Source of the DNA: Cytophagales bacterium | GTDB lineage: Bacteria; Bacteroidota; Bacteroidia; Cytophagales; MED-G16 | Reading direction: 5' to 3' | Length of the DNA: 41,173 nt | NCBI GenBank assembly: GCA_029940715.1 | Contig: JAPYTU010000002.1 | Location: forward strand, 1-41,173 | The notes under the pieces: generated by a model | The model's database searches: none | The model's input: only the letters and a program-made list of their open reading frames with translations | What the model was told of the DNA's origin: nothing | Position numbers and translations under genes: made by a program | Shown here: positions 39,282 through 41,173 of the stretch, piece by piece | How the letters are laid out: every line of letters starts with the position of its first letter | Numbering within the stretch: position 1 is the stretch's first letter

Positions 39282-39662
39282 TTATTTCTTAGCTTTTGGT
39301 TTTTTTGATCCATACTTGGATCTTCTTTGAGTTCTATCATCTACCCCACCAGTATCAAGGGCTCCTCTTATAACATGATAACGAACACCAGGCAAATCTT
39401 TTACTCTTCCCCCTCTAATTAAAACAATTGAATGCTCCTGTAAATTATGCCCTTCTCCTGGAATGTATGCATTAACTTCTTTTCCATTAGTTAACCTTAC
39501 TCTAGCTACTTTACGCATAGCAGAATTTGGTTTTTTTGGAGTAGTTGTATAAACCCTTGTACAAACACCTCTTTTTTGAGGACAGGAACCAAGAGCAGGA
39601 GACTTAGACTTAGAAGTCAATTTTTTTCTTCCTTTTCTAACAAGTTGTTGTATCGTTGGCAT
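39282..39662 (-). CDS. rpsL: 30S ribosomal protein S12
   Basis: [29 protein letters not shown] and [13 protein letters not shown] identify it. Confidence 0.97.
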   Translation of the reverse strand: MPTIQQLVRKGRKKLTSKSKSPALGSCPQKRGVCTRVYTTTPKKPNSAMRKVARVRLTNGKEVNAYIPGEGHNLQEHSIVLIRGGRVKDLPGVRYHVIRGALDTGGVDDRTQRRSKYGSKKPKAKK

Positions 39663-39689
39663 ATATTATATATCTATTAAAATTAGACG

Positions 39690-39720
39690 CAAAAATAGAA
39701 ATTCAATGATTCTAAACAAA
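39690..39720 (-). promoter_or_regulatory. Bacteroidetes-type promoter (TTTG-N19-TATTTTTG) of the str/ribosomal supercluster
   Basis: The minus strand carries TTTG (39720-39717), a 19-nt spacer and TATTTTTG (39697-39690). The -7 box ends 27 nt upstream of the rpsL ATG. It lies in the only sizeable gap (92 nt) upstream of rpsL. Confidence 0.65.
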
Positions 39721-39754
39721 ATTTTTTAACTCTTTCTATCATGAATAAATAAAA

Positions 39755-40057
39755 TTACTTCTTAGAAGAGATTATATCTAAAGGAAACTTAGGCAATTCA
39801 TCAAAATCTTTTATGAGACCATACTTTTTCTCATATTTTGATATATTATCACTAAGGGCCATAGAAAATTTTTTTGCATGTTCAGGAGTTATAATTATTC
39901 TTGAATTAACTTTTGCCTTTGGAACACCTGGCATTAATTGAATAAAATCCAAAACAAATTCACTACTAGAATGAGCAATCATAGCTAAATTAGCATATTT
40001 TCCTTTTGAAATTTCATCCGTAAGTTCAATGTTTATTTGGTTCGTTTTTTGATTCAT
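39755..40057 (-). CDS. DUF3467 domain-containing protein
   Basis: A 100-aa protein with GKYANLAMIAHSSSEFVLDFIQLMPG, typical of DUF3467. It sits 3 nt downstream of rpoC, the position this family usually occupies in Bacteroidota. Confidence 0.75.
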   Translation of the reverse strand: MNQKTNQINIELTDEISKGKYANLAMIAHSSSEFVLDFIQLMPGVPKAKVNSRIIITPEHAKKFSMALSDNISKYEKKYGLIKDFDELPKFPLDIISSKK

Positions 40058-40060
40058 TTA

Positions 40061-41173
40061 TTAACTTTTATTTTTAATTGTTTCATCTTCTAACTTATCA
40101 CCTATTAAAACATTATCATCAGTTGATTTATTAATCAAATCATTATATTCTTTTTCAGAACCTACAATAAGATTATTATAATCTCTAACTCCAGTCCCAG
40201 CAGGAACTAAATGACCAACAATAACATTTTCTTTTAACCCTCTAAGCTCATCAACCTTTCCTCTTATTGCTGCTTCACTTAAAACCTTAGTAGTTTCTTG
40301 GAAAGAAGCAGCAGAAATAAAGCTTTCTGTACCTAAAGAAGCTCTAGTAATTCCTTGTAATGAAGGTCTAGAAACAGCAGCTTCAGCATTTCTTACCTTA
40401 ATGATTTTTTTATCATTTCTTCTTAGTGCAGAATTTTCATCTCTTAATTCTCTAGAACTTATAATTTGTCCTTCTTTATATTTATCAGAATCACCAGAAT
40501 TAACAATAACTTTTTTCTCAAAAATTGCATCATTAATATCATTAAAAACTAATTTATCTATCTTTTCATCTTGTAAGAAATTGGTATCTCCTGATTCAAC
40601 AATAATCACTTTTTGCATCATTTGTCTAACAATTACCTCAATATGTTTATCATTAATTTTAACACCCTGCAATCTATATACCTCTTGAATTTCATTAACT
40701 AAATAATCTTGCACTTCATTTGGTCCCTTAATAGATAATATATCAGCAGGAGTAATGGCTCCATCAGATAATGGAGATCCTGCCCTAACATAATCATTAT
40801 CTTGAACTAAGATATGCTTTGATAATGAAACTAAATATTTTTTATTGGTTCCATCTTTAGATTCAATAAAAATTTCTCTATTACCTCTTTTAATTCCACC
40901 ATAACTTACAACACCATCAATCTCACTAACTACAGCAGGATTTGAAGGATTTCTAGCCTCAAATAATTCAGTTACTCTTGGCAAACCACCTGTTATATCT
41001 CTAGACTGACCTATCATTCTAGGGATTTTTGCAAGAATATGTCCATGTTTAACTTTTTGAGATTTATTAACAGATAAATGTGCTCCTACAGGAATATTAT
41101 ATGATTTAAATTCATCCTTTGATTTAACAATTACTGCAGGATTTTTTGTCTTATCTCTACACTCCACAATTAC
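40061..41173 (-). CDS. rpoC: DNA-directed RNA polymerase subunit beta-prime, C-terminal part (5' end beyond the window)
   Basis: [30 protein letters not shown] and [10 protein letters not shown] are conserved beta-prime C-terminal motifs. The reading frame stays open to base 41173; the ORF-track start at 41167 is an internal GTG. Confidence 0.95.
   Translation of the reverse strand, partial: VIVECRDKTKNPAVIVKSKDEFKSYNIPVGAHLSVNKSQKVKHGHILAKIPRMIGQSRDITGGLPRVTELFEARNPSNPAVVSEIDGVVSYGGIKRGNREIFIESKDGTNKKYLVSLSKHILVQDNDYVRAGSPLSDGAITPADILSIKGPNEVQDYLVNEIQEVYRLQGVKINDKHIEVIVRQMMQKVIIVESGDTNFLQDEKIDKLVFNDINDAIFEKKVIVNSGDSDKYKEGQIISSRELRDENSALRRNDKKIIKVRNAEAAVSRPSLQGITRASLGTESFISAASFQETTKVLSEAAIRGKVDELRGLKENVIVGHLVPAGTGVRDYNNLIVGSEKEYNDLINKSTDDNVLIGDKLEDETIKNKS

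Noticed and set aside
4700-40688. Other short opposite-strand ORFs in the track: 4700-4900, 7406-7657, 8904-9170, 13159-13341, 16027-16239, 19828-20061, 23528-23716, 27328-27537, 34318-34593, 34782-34964, 35621-35872, 35954-36145 and 40401-40688.
   Set aside because: Each is nested inside a strongly supported conserved gene on the other strand. Each has F/L/S/I-rich shadow-frame composition and none contains a motif I recognise. They would need ribosome profiling or conservation evidence to be taken seriously.
1-41173. Mobile elements, prophage remnants, CRISPR arrays, toxin-antitoxin or defence islands, tRNA/rRNA genes, and a non-standard genetic code.
   Set aside because: No transposase, integrase or recombinase-like ORFs were seen, and no direct-repeat/spacer arrays or flanking inverted repeats. 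Every sizeable ORF is a recognisable housekeeping gene in conserved order. TGA, TAA and TAG are all used as stops (for example gcvT ends in TGA and lysS in TAG), which is consistent with the standard bacterial code.

Overview
This is a very A/T-rich (judged by eye, not computed), tightly packed bacterial chromosome segment. It reads as ordinary, syntenic housekeeping DNA from a streamlined member of Bacteroidota, most likely class Flavobacteriia. The lineage call rests on six points: a DUF3467 gene wedged between rpoC and rpsL; secY-infA-rpmJ order without adk/map; a Cys-less L36; carA-eno-ftsB-like genes after rplQ; no Shine-Dalgarno sequences before start codons; and TTTG-N19-TAnnTTTG promoter boxes. 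I cannot tell a free-living from a host-associated lineage.

Content from left to right:
- A partial MATE efflux gene that the ORF track missed, then a small Spy/CpxP-like periplasmic protein.
- rnhB, then gcvT and a ComB-family phosphatase joined by an ATGA overlap.
- A CPA1 Na+/H+ antiporter.
- A four-gene overlapping minus-strand operon: DivIVA-domain protein, folB, DUF1232, dtd.
- A PPTase, then MlaD-like and amidase genes, then an LptD/OstA-like outer-membrane protein.
- Proline dehydrogenase and lysS.
- A shikimate block: DAHP synthase/chorismate mutase, aroB, aroA.
- An M42 peptidase, then carA-eno-ftsB-like.
- The complete str-S10-spc-alpha ribosomal supercluster on the minus strand (rpsL to rplQ, about 17 kb). 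It includes rpmJ, which the ORF track missed.
- DUF3467 and the 3' end of rpoC.

I found no tRNA or rRNA genes, CRISPR arrays, IS/transposase/integrase genes, long repeats, or toxin- or defence-like cassettes. I see no evidence for a new multi-gene system here. The findings below are modest regulatory and architectural oddities:
- Promoter -7 boxes that abut start codons.
- A 189-nt rpsJ-rplC spacer with an internal promoter.
- A G+C-elevated element upstream of the antiporter.
- Overlapping convergent genes.
- A few conserved genes of unknown function.

All function calls come from recognising conserved motifs in the supplied translations. No database search was run.
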